From NCBI GenBank assembly GCA_016180645.1, contig JACPAV010000049.1:1-40269 (forward strand): 40,269 bases of DNA. The letters are read 5' to 3'. Of this stretch, positions 1 to 9,038 are shown piece after piece; position 1 is the stretch's first letter; every line of letters starts with the position of its first letter. The notes beneath the pieces were generated by a model that ran no database searches, had not been told where the DNA came from, and saw nothing but the letters and a program-made list of their open reading frames with translations. This DNA is from Nitrospirota bacterium. Lineage in GTDB: Bacteria > JACPQY01. A program made the translations under genes and the position numbers.

Positions 1-1
1 T

Positions 2-277
2 GAAATTGAAGGGCAGGGAGCGGTGGCGTCATGCTTCGAATATGCGGCGACGATCACAGATAAGCTTACCGGTCGGTGCGGGGTTTCCGTTCAAGATGCT
101 CAGGGCGTTGTGGAAGGGAAAATCGGGGGGAAGGACTGTAGCGGGGTGAAGGGCGTACGCGATAGTGTCGGCTTACACAAGACATGCATACCCTGGGTCA
201 AGGAGGCGTCCTGCACCGATGATTTCAAGAGAGGGGATAGGTACAAGGGGGAATGCATCTATCAAATAGTCAGATGA
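2..277 (+). CDS. Hypothetical Cys-rich protein, 5'-truncated by the window edge
   Basis: The frame of ORF 23..277 stays open back to position 2 (GAA ATT GAA GGG...). It has several Cys residues and no recognisable family. Confidence 0.5.
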   Translation, partial: EIEGQGAVASCFEYAATITDKLTGRCGVSVQDAQGVVEGKIGGKDCSGVKGVRDSVGLHKTCIPWVKEASCTDDFKRGDRYKGECIYQIVR

Positions 278-336
278 GTATGCTCACATTTCGATTCAGC
301 CGGCCGCAACACGGTTCTGGAGAATAGGGACAATCC

Positions 337-978
337 GTGGAATGGTCTGCCCTCATCGTACTGATTGTCATCGTCGTGTGGGTGATCTTAAAGTACGAAG
401 AGGAGAAACAGCGACAATCCACCGCGGCGATGATCGCAGGGTCCGCCGTTGGTGGACGGTTCGACGAAACCGAATTCCACGGTCGGTATTCTGGAGGTCA
501 TTCAAGCTACCCAAAGGAAGAAATCGCGGTATTGGTCGTCGGTGAGCGTGGTATCGCTTTGACCGGTTACCAGTTGGCCGAGATTTTCGCCGAGGCATCT
601 CTCCGGCAAGGGTACAGGCAAATCTCGATCAAAATTCCGTATGACTCCGTTGCGGACTACGGAATAGCCACTCGCAGTCAAATTGAAGCTGGCAAAGTCC
701 TACTCCTTGGCGTTGTCGGACTCTTGCTCCAGAAGAACAAGCCGTTCCTCTACATCCGCTACACAGACGAAAAGGGCATCGACCAAACTCCCGCGTTCTA
801 TTTCCAGGATGAGACTGGACTTCAGAAATGCATGACCTTGATTGAGGAGCGCGTGAGAGGGAAGGAGCCGGTAAAAGAGGTCAGAAAAGATGGATCTCAC
901 ACCCGCCCGATGGTGTGCGGTGTATGTGGGTCTCGCCCGGAGGTCGTGTATTGCTCAAAATGTGGAAGAGGTGTGTAG
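337..978 (+). CDS. Hypothetical membrane-anchored protein with C-terminal zinc-ribbon-like motif
   Basis: GTG start after a GGAG/AGGGA RBS. N-terminal hydrophobic helix (ALIVLIVIVVWVIL), an internal hydrophobic stretch (VLLLGVVGLLL) and a C-terminal CGVC...CSKC. This architecture is common in prophage/island accessory genes. Confidence 0.75.
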   Translation: MEWSALIVLIVIVVWVILKYEEEKQRQSTAAMIAGSAVGGRFDETEFHGRYSGGHSSYPKEEIAVLVVGERGIALTGYQLAEIFAEASLRQGYRQISIKIPYDSVADYGIATRSQIEAGKVLLLGVVGLLLQKNKPFLYIRYTDEKGIDQTPAFYFQDETGLQKCMTLIEERVRGKEPVKEVRKDGSHTRPMVCGVCGSRPEVVYCSKCGRGV

Positions 979-1214
979 TGGGTGCGCGTGGCGTGCTTAC
1001 TCGTACGAACTCCACAGCCAGCCAGCCGATCAAAATCCTTCTAAGGGGCGAGGGGGCGGCTTGATCGAGCAGGCGCTTCACGCCGTGGATCGTGACTGTT
1101 CTGGAAAACGCTTCTCCCACGCGATCAAGGTCAAACCGGAAGAAGTGGACCGGATTGCGTGGATTGCTGTAGGGCATCGACAAAGTCTCTATGTCAAGGG
1201 GGTGAATCTCTAAC

Positions 1215-1562
1215 ATGGAACAAGAGCGGTCTGAGCAATCAAAAACTTTGAGCGCCATAACGGTCGCCGGCGTGATTCATAAGGCTCTGGCGGGATGGGA
1301 AATGTTCACGTCTGACATCTTGGAAGCGTTGGTTGAACTTGGCCTCTTGGCCATCAGGCACATCGGCAATCCAACAGATGAGCAGGTCCACCAAGAAATC
1401 GATCGTGCCGCCGTCATCGCTCACGACATCGCCATCAGTACCACGAAAGAAAGCGGAGGCGGTCTCCGACTTGGAATCTACACAGCATTGGTTCTCTTGA
1501 AGTCAATGGCAATTACCGCCAGGATGTACGAAAAGAAGGAAGGAGTGAGGAAAGATTCCTGA
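1215..1562 (+). CDS. Hypothetical protein
   Basis: 115 aa ATG ORF with AGGGGGTG upstream and helical composition; no family recognised. Confidence 0.55.
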   Translation: MEQERSEQSKTLSAITVAGVIHKALAGWEMFTSDILEALVELGLLAIRHIGNPTDEQVHQEIDRAAVIAHDIAISTTKESGGGLRLGIYTALVLLKSMAITARMYEKKEGVRKDS

Positions 1563-1865
1563 CAAACTGGAGTGGGCGTGTCCTGGAAGGATACGCCCCG
1601 ACCCCCTGCGAGGATACGGGGGAGCGAGGGAGCCGGGGCTATGTGGGCTTCAGGATGAAACTTGATTCTTCAGCATTTCCCCCATGACGGTCGAAATCGT
1701 AGCCAGATCACGGACACGTGTCAAGATGCCCCGCCGTTCGCGCCGGTGGGCCGCTGGCGGACGTTCAGGCGCGTGGATGATTCCGGGCTTTCAATTCGAG
1801 AAGGGGGTACGGCGGCGGAACCCCGCGGCGGAGTAGATTCGCGGGGAACCTTCCTCGAAAAGACA

Positions 1866-1887
1866 CTTCCGGTAGGCTTCCGGTAGG
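1866..1887 (+). repeat. Tandem direct repeat CTTCCGGTAGG x2 (candidate integrase arm-type binding sites)
   Basis: Exact 11-mer at 1866-1876 and 1877-1887, followed by a partial TTCCG, close to the tRNA breakpoint. Confidence 0.6.
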
Positions 1888-2024
1888 TTCCGAAAACCCC
1901 CGCTGAACTCCACTCCGCCCCTCTCCATTCCTCTCACGTCCAGTTCCGGCTATCCTCTGAAAGTCACGGGGAATTCTTGTGATCGGAGTTGATCTGCGTG
2001 GATACTGACTCACTGTCACCACTC

Positions 2025-2064
2025 GATTTTGAGTCCGCTGCGTCTGCCATTCCGCCACTCCGGC
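2025..2064 (-). pseudogene. tRNA-Leu(CAA) 5' fragment (att-site remnant)
   Basis: The minus strand reads GCCGGAG TG GCGGAATGGCAGACGC A GCGGA CTCAAAA TC: acceptor 5' strand, D arm and anticodon loop CAA. It then continues GAGTGG instead of CGC. No variable arm, T arm or 3' acceptor strand was found nearby. Confidence 0.85.
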
Positions 2065-2277
2065 CAACGTGATGTTGGCCGCACTTCCGTCGTTTTCGGC
2101 AGACACGGACGTCTGCGATCAGAAGGAAGCGCGGCGAGGCCTACCTAGTCCGTGCTCTCCACCTTACTCGCAGACATGGAGGTCTGCAATTCGGAGAGAG
2201 CGCGGCCAACGGGATGTTCGCCGCCCTTTCAACATTTTCGGCAGACATGGAGGTCTGCGGTCCGCGGGAAGTGCGGC
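2065..2277. repeat. Three degenerate 71-bp tandem units, each an imperfect ~58-bp hairpin with core GCAGACAYGGASGTCTGC
   Basis: Cores start at 2099, 2170 and 2241 (period 71). Outer arms resemble GCCGCRCTTCC...GGAAGYGCGGC and end at 2135, 2206 and 2277. Confidence 0.8.
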
Positions 2278-2489
2278 TGGATTTCTAACCGATCAGATCT
2301 ACACCGATCGGTCTCGCTTCGCAACGGGCCCTGGACATCATGCCACGCCGGGCATGTAGGAATCGCGCTGTAACCCGCACTCCCCACCTCTGAAGCCGTG
2401 TGACTTCCATCACTCCTCGCCCTGTCATTAGGTTTGTTGTTTCAAGCACTTGGACCCATCGCGTTCGTTGCATGGAGCCCATCTTGCTC

Positions 2490-2518
2490 TTGAGAAGGTG
2501 GACCTATGGTGGTATACT
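2490..2518 (+). promoter_or_regulatory. Sigma70-type promoter
   Basis: TTGAGA-17bp-TATACT with an extended -10 TG. It implies that the next CDS starts downstream of 2506. Confidence 0.65.
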
Positions 2519-2553
2519 ATTCGGTAATCAGGAACAGGGCTGGGATATTGCTT

Positions 2554-3396
2554 ATGCCACACATCATGGATGGACGTGTCGGCGGAGAGGGTACAAGAAG
2601 GATTTTCGTCACCCTATCGGCCGGAGTGCTTCTCCCTATTGCAGGCTTCGTGTTTTCACAACTCAGTGATGCGCAAGCCGCAGCGAGATACGCTTGGGCC
2701 CGCGCCACTCGCGTCGAAATCCGGTCGGCGCCGAACGAAAAACACGGCGTCGTGGGCGTCGTCTCGCGCGGAACGCGATTTCAAGTCACCGAAGAAGCCG
2801 ATGGATGGCTCCATGTCATCCCTCCGAGTTACGACATCCGCAGCCTCCCGGATGGATTCCGCCGGAAAGATCCCGCTACCTTCCAGGCAGGCTGGATCGT
2901 CGGAACCACAGCCTCCCAGACGGAAATCTTCGATGAAGCCACCGCGCTGCAGGTCTTCCAGGACTGGATTGAGGAACTTCGGAGGGATCCCATGATGAAG
3001 GAAGGCAGTTTCGCCGGGATCCGTCTCATCCCGTTGGCCGCCCTCTGGGCCTCCAACGAAACGCTCGAGTTCGACTTGGGCGTGGGACTCGAAGGCGAGG
3101 TGGAGACACAGATCCTCAGCGTGTTGGGCCAATGGACCTACCTCATGCTCGGCGCCCGCTTCTTCTCCGTGTTCCAGGAGGCGCGGGCCGTCGAACTTCG
3201 GCTTGTAGCGCGGGTGTGGGGCGTAGACAGCTCCGGAGTGATGGGGGCGCGCTACGAACCCATTGTGAAGATCCGCACGACACAGGACGATGCCCGCCGA
3301 ATCCGATGGGAGGAGGCCCTCGCCAAGCCGCAGGTGGATACCAAGCTCTTCTCCTATTTCTGGCAGCGCGAAAACGCAACGCTCACCACACGCTGA
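2554..3396 (+). CDS. SH3b-like domain-containing exported protein
   Basis: N-terminal hydrophobic segment, then VEIRSAPNEKHGVVGVVSRGTRFQVTEEADGWLHV...GWI, a bacterial SH3-like pattern. The start is uncertain (2554 or 2566). The stop overlaps the next ATG (TGATG). Confidence 0.7.
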   Translation: MPHIMDGRVGGEGTRRIFVTLSAGVLLPIAGFVFSQLSDAQAAARYAWARATRVEIRSAPNEKHGVVGVVSRGTRFQVTEEADGWLHVIPPSYDIRSLPDGFRRKDPATFQAGWIVGTTASQTEIFDEATALQVFQDWIEELRRDPMMKEGSFAGIRLIPLAALWASNETLEFDLGVGLEGEVETQILSVLGQWTYLMLGARFFSVFQEARAVELRLVARVWGVDSSGVMGARYEPIVKIRTTQDDARRIRWEEALAKPQVDTKLFSYFWQRENATLTTR

Positions 3397-6300
3397 TGGT
3401 CCCGCCGCGCTTGGCTGCTCTCACGTTTTGCGGAGCCCTGGCCGCCTCTTGCGCCCAACCTACCCTCGGGCGGCCGCCCCAACCGCAGCTCCGCGGAGAA
3501 GACAAGGCGATCACCGTCAGTTGGGGCGCGGCCGAGGGCGCCTCCTCGTATGAGGTCTTCCACCGAGCATCGGACCCCCCCGATCTTGGGGACCCGGAGA
3601 GCCCACGCGTGGCGACCAAGGAGCTATCGGTGCGAATCGAGGAACTGGATCCCGGCTTGACGTACTACGTGAGCATTCTGGCCCTCCGCGGCTCGCAACG
3701 GAGCCAAGCTTCCTCCATCGCCTCCGTCACCACCGTTCCCCCCGCACCCGGCGCGCCGGACATTGCCCAGGTATCGAAGACGACCCTCCGCATCAGCTGG
3801 AAACCGGTGACGGGCGCCATCGACTACGAGTTGTACTATGACACGGAGTCCCAGTCCGGAAAGGCGGACGCCGATCGGAAATACGCGGGGAAACATGCCG
3901 CCCAAGGGGATTCGCCCATCGCCGTTCGCGACTGCACCCCGAATGCGGCTTGCGCCGTCACCCTCTCCGGCCTTGTCTCGGACAAGCCATACGTCTTCTC
4001 GGCGAAGGCCATCAACGGATCGGGGGCCAGCGGCTACTCGGAGGAGTCAAAGAAGCGACTTGGCCCGGGCCCATATCCCCCCCCGCCCTTGCTGAAAACA
4101 TCGTTGAAGTCCACGGGGCTCGGTCAATTTGAGCTTTCGTGGGAGGCGGTGGAAAATGCGGTCTCCTACGAAGTTCTCTACGACACCGACGCGGCGGGAG
4201 CGCCGTACGATTGCTCGGTCGCGCCGGTTGCGAAATCGGCCTGCCCCTTCGCCACCACCACCGGGACGACGCTGACGTTGAAAGACCTCAAACCGGACAT
4301 CCCCACCTCCGACCAATATCACTTCGCGGTCATTCCGATCAGCGAGAATGGAGTCCGCGGCTGCCAGCCGGGAGAACCGGGGTGCGCCGCAAAAGAAGCC
4401 GCGTGCGCGACGGAGTCGGTCGGGTGTCGCGCCGACCCACCCGTGGACGGCTTCGCCGTCAAGGCCACAACGGGAAAGAGCGCGGAGCTTACGCTCAGTT
4501 GGTCCAAGCTGGCCGGAGCGACCGGGTACGATCTGCTGATCGGGACGTCCACCGGGGCTGCGACCGGGACCTACGGCACAACGATCTCGCTGGGCGACGT
4601 AGCCGACTACGTCTACGCGGCGCCAAGCGGAGGCACGAAGTACTACCTCACGATACGCGGTCGCAACGGCCAGGGGGCCGGGCGCAACGCCGCGGAAGTG
4701 GGGGCGACAACCATTCCTTCCGCCCCCGCGAGCCTCTCGGCCTCGGCTTCGTACGTCTCGGGCCAAGTGAGTCTCAAGTGGACCGCCTCCACGGGGGCCA
4801 CCTCCTACAAAATCTATTACGATACAGATTCTTCGAACTCAACAAGCTCTGAGTTCGCGGGCAAGGAAATCAAGGAGGGGATCAGCCCGATCACGATCAC
4901 CGAGGCGGCCGCGTTCGCGAACTGCTCGGGGGGCGCCTCCACGGACCGGTGCACAACCCTCACCGCCTTGACCACAGGGTCGACCTACTCATTCGCCGTA
5001 CAGGGGGTCAATGAGAGCGGCGAAGGGGCGCTGAGCTCCACCACCACCTTCGTGCCGCTGGCCGCTCCCTCCGGCTTCAGCGCCGATGGCGACAATCAGA
5101 TCACCTTCTCGTGGTCCGCCGTCCCCGGCGCCTCGGGCTACAAAGTCTACTCGGATACGGAAACGAACGGCGGATCGGACGGGCGCTACGGCACCACCGT
5201 CACCACCGTGTCGGGCGGTTCGACGACCAGCGCCACGGCCACCGTGTCGGGCGGCTCCACGCTCTTCTTCGCCGTCACAGCCGTCTGGTCCGGCACAACG
5301 TCTCCCGCCAGCGAAAGCGCCTATTCCTCCCAACAGGCCCTGGCCGACGCCCCCACGGGATTCATCGTTCGGGGGTGCACGGGTCAGACCACGCTCCTTT
5401 GGAATCCGCTCAGCGGCGCCACGGACTACTACGTCTACTACGCGTCGAGCGCATGCACCTCAAGCACAAACAAGACCGGATGCTACAACGGTCCGGCCAC
5501 TCCCGTTTCCGGCACCAGCTACAAGAGCGCCACCGCCGCGGTCTGCGCGAACTCCACGACCGTCTCACCGGGCACATGCTCCACCTCCCAGTGCGCGGCC
5601 ACGATCACCGGTCTCACGAACGGAACGACCTACTACTTCTCCGTCCGCGGCGGCTTCGACGGCAAGAAGACGCCTTTCGCCTCGGAACTTTCCGCCGTTC
5701 CCCTGGCCGCCCCCACGGGCCTCTCCATCGCCTCATGCGGTTCCACCAGCGCCAACTTGAGCTGGACGGCCGTGACGGGTGCCGCGTCCTACCAAGTCTG
5801 CGTCAAATCCACCTCCGCGCCGTCGGCCGGAAGCTGTCCCGGCGTTCAAGCGGCAACAGGCACCACGGCAACCGTAACGAGTCTCAGCGTCGGAACCAAC
5901 TACTTTTTCACGGTGGACGCCCTCTCGGGCAGCACTTCCACGAGCGACCACAGTAGCTCCGTCAATACGACCCTCCTCGCGGCACCCACCAATGCCGACG
6001 TCATCAGCCCGAACGCGGGTCCCAGCGGGCGCGTGACCCTCTCGTGGACCTACTCCGGCGCCGGCACACCCGCCGGGTACAAGATCTACTACCAGACGGC
6101 CTCGTCCGTTTCCGCCTCGTGCAGCACCGGATGTATCACCGGCGAAACCGCGCAAGCCGCGGAAGACCTGGCAGCCACCGAAGACGCGGGACTGACCGGC
6201 GTGCCCAGCCCCCTCGGGGCCATCACCACCACCGCCACAACCTACACCATGACGGGGTTGGACGCATTGAAGGACTACTACTTCAAAGTCGCCGCCGTCA

Positions 6301-9038
6301 CGGTCTCGCCGCTCTGCGAGAGCGATCTCTCCAGCGAGATCAACGCCCTTGTCGGATGGCCCAAAACGCTGAGCGGAGGGACGCACTCCACCCCACTCAT
6401 CGACGACCTCGTCACGGGGGACAGCGGCAAGCTGGAGGTCTTCGTGCCCGACACGAACGGAAACCTGTACCTCTTCAACGAAGACGGCGTGCTCGTCGGC
6501 GGGTGGGGGCCGGTGGCTCTCGGAACGGCGGTCGATCGTCCGGCTGTGTCAGGCGACATCGACGGGGACGGAGCATTGGAGATTGTCTTCACCGCCAACA
6601 GCACGATCTACGCCTACGAGAACACCGGCGTGGCCGTAGCCAACTTCCCCAAGGTCATCGGTTCCGCGCTCACTTCGCCCGTCCTCGGCAATCTGGATGG
6701 CGATGCCGCACTGGAAATCTTCGTCGGTGCCGCAAGCGGCACAATCTACGCCATCAATGGAGATGCAACGGATGTTGCCGGCTGGGCAGGCGGCATCGCC
6801 CTTGCCGGATCACCCGCCATCCGCGGCGATCCCGTCATTGCCGACATCGACGTCGGCACGACCGTGCAGGACTCGGCCAACGAGATCATCTTCGGCGGCG
6901 ACAACGGAAAGCTCTACGTCTACAATCACGACGGCACCGTGCCCGCGGGCTGGCCCGCAACCATCGCCACGGTGGGAACGTGCCCGGCCAACCCACCCGT
7001 GTACAACGGCGTCGCCATCGCGGACATCGACGGAGACCGCGACATGGAAATTTTCGTGGCCGCAGGGAGCACCTGCACCACCTTCTCCGCCTTCCACCAC
7101 ACGGGCGCCACGGTCTCCGGATGGCCCAAAGACTACAATGCCGCCCTCTGCCAGACCTGCTGTGCAACCAGTTTCCCCATTTGTCCCTCCCCGGCAACCG
7201 GCGACATCAACGGCGACGGCGCCACGGACATCGTGGCCGCCAACTTCGCCGGCTACATCTATGTTTTCAACTCCAGCGGAGTTCTTCTCAGCGGCTGGGC
7301 CCCCTTGAACACGGGCGCCAACCTGCGGGCCTCACCCGAGATCGTCAACGTCGACAGCGATCTCGTTCCCGAGGTCATCATCGCCACCGCCGCCACCTCC
7401 AGCAACATTCTGGCCTACAACTACGACGGCTCCGCGGTCTCCGGCTTCCCGAAATCCGCCAAGGGCGCCGTGGGAGCCTCCATCTCGGTAGCCGACATCG
7501 ACTCCAACAACGTCCCGGAGCTTTTCGTGGTGGACACGGTGGGCCGCGTCAGCGTGATCCATGCCGCATCGACCTCGTTCTCCAACGCGCGCGTCTGGCC
7601 CATGTTCATGCGCGATCCCTCGCACGTAGCCCAGGTCGGCCCGCGCCTGGAAACCGGATGGCCGCGAAGCCTGGCCGCGAACGTAACCGCCTCTCCCGTC
7701 TTCGGAAATCTGGACGGCGGCACCGATCTCGAAGTGGCCGTCGCCAACGTCTCCGGCGGCAACGGCCGTCTCTTCGCCGCCAAATGGAACGGCGCGCTGG
7801 TCACGGGGTGGACGGCGCCGGCCGACGATCAAAGCCTCACCAGTACGGTCACGCTCCAGGACCCCCTGGCCGCCAACACATGCGATGATGCCGCGTCCAC
7901 CAGCGTCCTTGCGTCCCCCGCCCTCGGCAACCTGGACGGCGCGACGGACACCAACGTGGAAGCCTTCATCAGCACCGCCGGAGGAAACACCTGTGCCTAC
8001 GCTTTTGATCACGACAGCACACGGATCGATGTCGACAGCGGCGTCGTCGGCAATGCCTTCGACGCCGGCAGCGCCATCGAGATTACCGCCGCCCTCGCGA
8101 ACGCGGACGGAGGCACGGACACCAACCTGGAAGCGATCTTCGGATCCGTCACGGGCAATCTTTACGTCAAGAACGTGCCCGCGGGCACGAGCGTGGCCGG
8201 ATGGCCCGTGGCCATCTCCGCGGCCGGCTCCTGCACCGCCACTCCGGCCCTGCGGGCGGCCCCGGCCGTCGGCGACGTGGACGATGACAGCACCGATGAA
8301 ATCGTGATCGGAGGCGACAACGGCTGCATCTATGCCTTTGAACTCAGCGGCGCGCTGGTCGGGGGTTTTCCGTTGAAAGTCCCCACGTGCACGGGCGGCG
8401 ACAGCGACGCGCCCCTTCGCTCCTCGCCGGCCATCGGAAATCTCAATACCGACACGAAAAAAGAAATCGTCTTCGGCGCCGACAACAATTGCATCTACGC
8501 CTACAAGGACAACGGCGGGCTCATGACTGGATTCCCGGTGGCCACGGGAGGGAACGTCCGTTCCGCGCCCGCCCTCGGCAATCTCGATTCCGACACGGCC
8601 CTCGAGATCGTCGTCGGGAGCGACGATGGCAAGATCTACGCCCTGAACGGCGACGGCACGGCCCTCTCCGGGTGGCCCGTGGATCTGGCCACAAGCATCC
8701 AGAACTCTCCGGCCCTCGTGGATGTCAACGGCGACGGCAATCTCGATATCGTGGTGGCCGTGGGGAGCCGGATGTATGCCTACGATCGAACCGGCACCTC
8801 CCTCCCCGGCTTTCCCTTCCTCTTGGGCGGCCCGGTGAGTACCTCATCGCCCCAGGCGGGCGATCTGCGAAATGACCGTACGCTTCACCTTTCGGTCGGA
8901 ACGACCACCGACAACCGGCTGTACGTCTTCACGCTCGGCTACGGCAGCTACAATCCCGACAACTGCAAAGGCTGGCTGGGCTTCCACAACGCGCAGGAAA
9001 GGACCGGCGTCAACACCAGCCCCTCCTCCTGCCCATGA
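3396..9038 (+). CDS. Giant surface lipoprotein (~1880 aa): fibronectin type III repeats plus two FG-GAP/VCBS repeat regions
   Basis: The real start is probably ATG 3396 (TGATG coupling; MVPPRLAALTFCGALAASC lipobox). Repeated lSW.aV.GA.sY.vYY...L..g..YyF.V.a FN3 motifs run to ~6350, followed by SPa.GdlDGD...EIv and GWP repeats. Confidence 0.88.
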   Translation: MVPPRLAALTFCGALAASCAQPTLGRPPQPQLRGEDKAITVSWGAAEGASSYEVFHRASDPPDLGDPESPRVATKELSVRIEELDPGLTYYVSILALRGSQRSQASSIASVTTVPPAPGAPDIAQVSKTTLRISWKPVTGAIDYELYYDTESQSGKADADRKYAGKHAAQGDSPIAVRDCTPNAACAVTLSGLVSDKPYVFSAKAINGSGASGYSEESKKRLGPGPYPPPPLLKTSLKSTGLGQFELSWEAVENAVSYEVLYDTDAAGAPYDCSVAPVAKSACPFATTTGTTLTLKDLKPDIPTSDQYHFAVIPISENGVRGCQPGEPGCAAKEAACATESVGCRADPPVDGFAVKATTGKSAELTLSWSKLAGATGYDLLIGTSTGAATGTYGTTISLGDVADYVYAAPSGGTKYYLTIRGRNGQGAGRNAAEVGATTIPSAPASLSASASYVSGQVSLKWTASTGATSYKIYYDTDSSNSTSSEFAGKEIKEGISPITITEAAAFANCSGGASTDRCTTLTALTTGSTYSFAVQGVNESGEGALSSTTTFVPLAAPSGFSADGDNQITFSWSAVPGASGYKVYSDTETNGGSDGRYGTTVTTVSGGSTTSATATVSGGSTLFFAVTAVWSGTTSPASESAYSSQQALADAPTGFIVRGCTGQTTLLWNPLSGATDYYVYYASSACTSSTNKTGCYNGPATPVSGTSYKSATAAVCANSTTVSPGTCSTSQCAATITGLTNGTTYYFSVRGGFDGKKTPFASELSAVPLAAPTGLSIASCGSTSANLSWTAVTGAASYQVCVKSTSAPSAGSCPGVQAATGTTATVTSLSVGTNYFFTVDALSGSTSTSDHSSSVNTTLLAAPTNADVISPNAGPSGRVTLSWTYSGAGTPAGYKIYYQTASSVSASCSTGCITGETAQAAEDLAATEDAGLTGVPSPLGAITTTATTYTMTGLDALKDYYFKVAAVTVSPLCESDLSSEINALVGWPKTLSGGTHSTPLIDDLVTGDSGKLEVFVPDTNGNLYLFNEDGVLVGGWGPVALGTAVDRPAVSGDIDGDGALEIVFTANSTIYAYENTGVAVANFPKVIGSALTSPVLGNLDGDAALEIFVGAASGTIYAINGDATDVAGWAGGIALAGSPAIRGDPVIADIDVGTTVQDSANEIIFGGDNGKLYVYNHDGTVPAGWPATIATVGTCPANPPVYNGVAIADIDGDRDMEIFVAAGSTCTTFSAFHHTGATVSGWPKDYNAALCQTCCATSFPICPSPATGDINGDGATDIVAANFAGYIYVFNSSGVLLSGWAPLNTGANLRASPEIVNVDSDLVPEVIIATAATSSNILAYNYDGSAVSGFPKSAKGAVGASISVADIDSNNVPELFVVDTVGRVSVIHAASTSFSNARVWPMFMRDPSHVAQVGPRLETGWPRSLAANVTASPVFGNLDGGTDLEVAVANVSGGNGRLFAAKWNGALVTGWTAPADDQSLTSTVTLQDPLAANTCDDAASTSVLASPALGNLDGATDTNVEAFISTAGGNTCAYAFDHDSTRIDVDSGVVGNAFDAGSAIEITAALANADGGTDTNLEAIFGSVTGNLYVKNVPAGTSVAGWPVAISAAGSCTATPALRAAPAVGDVDDDSTDEIVIGGDNGCIYAFELSGALVGGFPLKVPTCTGGDSDAPLRSSPAIGNLNTDTKKEIVFGADNNCIYAYKDNGGLMTGFPVATGGNVRSAPALGNLDSDTALEIVVGSDDGKIYALNGDGTALSGWPVDLATSIQNSPALVDVNGDGNLDIVVAVGSRMYAYDRTGTSLPGFPFLLGGPVSTSSPQAGDLRNDRTLHLSVGTTTDNRLYVFTLGYGSYNPDNCKGWLGFHNAQERTGVNTSPSSCP

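Larger units (their letters stand above)
1..2034. mobile_element. Right end of a putative integrative element (prophage/island) inserted in tRNA-Leu(CAA)
   Basis: Orphan ORFs with visibly lower GC than the rest of the window, a tandem 11-bp direct repeat about 140 bp inside the junction, and tRNA similarity that ends abruptly at the anticodon arm. No integrase is inside the window. Confidence 0.6.

Noticed and set aside
881-1258. Overlapping ORFs 890..1213 (+) and 881..1258 (-)
   Set aside because: Neither has recognisable motifs and I cannot tell which, if either, is real. A GTG start at 971 on the plus strand is possible.
1700-2030. Group I intron in tRNA-Leu
   Set aside because: No 3' exon and no recognisable P7 core were found. 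The anticodon loop is complete before the break, which fits an att junction better.
2065-2277. CRISPR array (period 71, palindromic core)
   Set aside because: There are only three degenerate units, the would-be spacers pair with the repeat arms and resemble each other, and no cas genes are in the window.
3132-3395. N-terminal extension of the 1968-aa ORF
   Set aside because: It overlaps the upstream gene. The lipoprotein signal and TGATG coupling point to a start at 3396.
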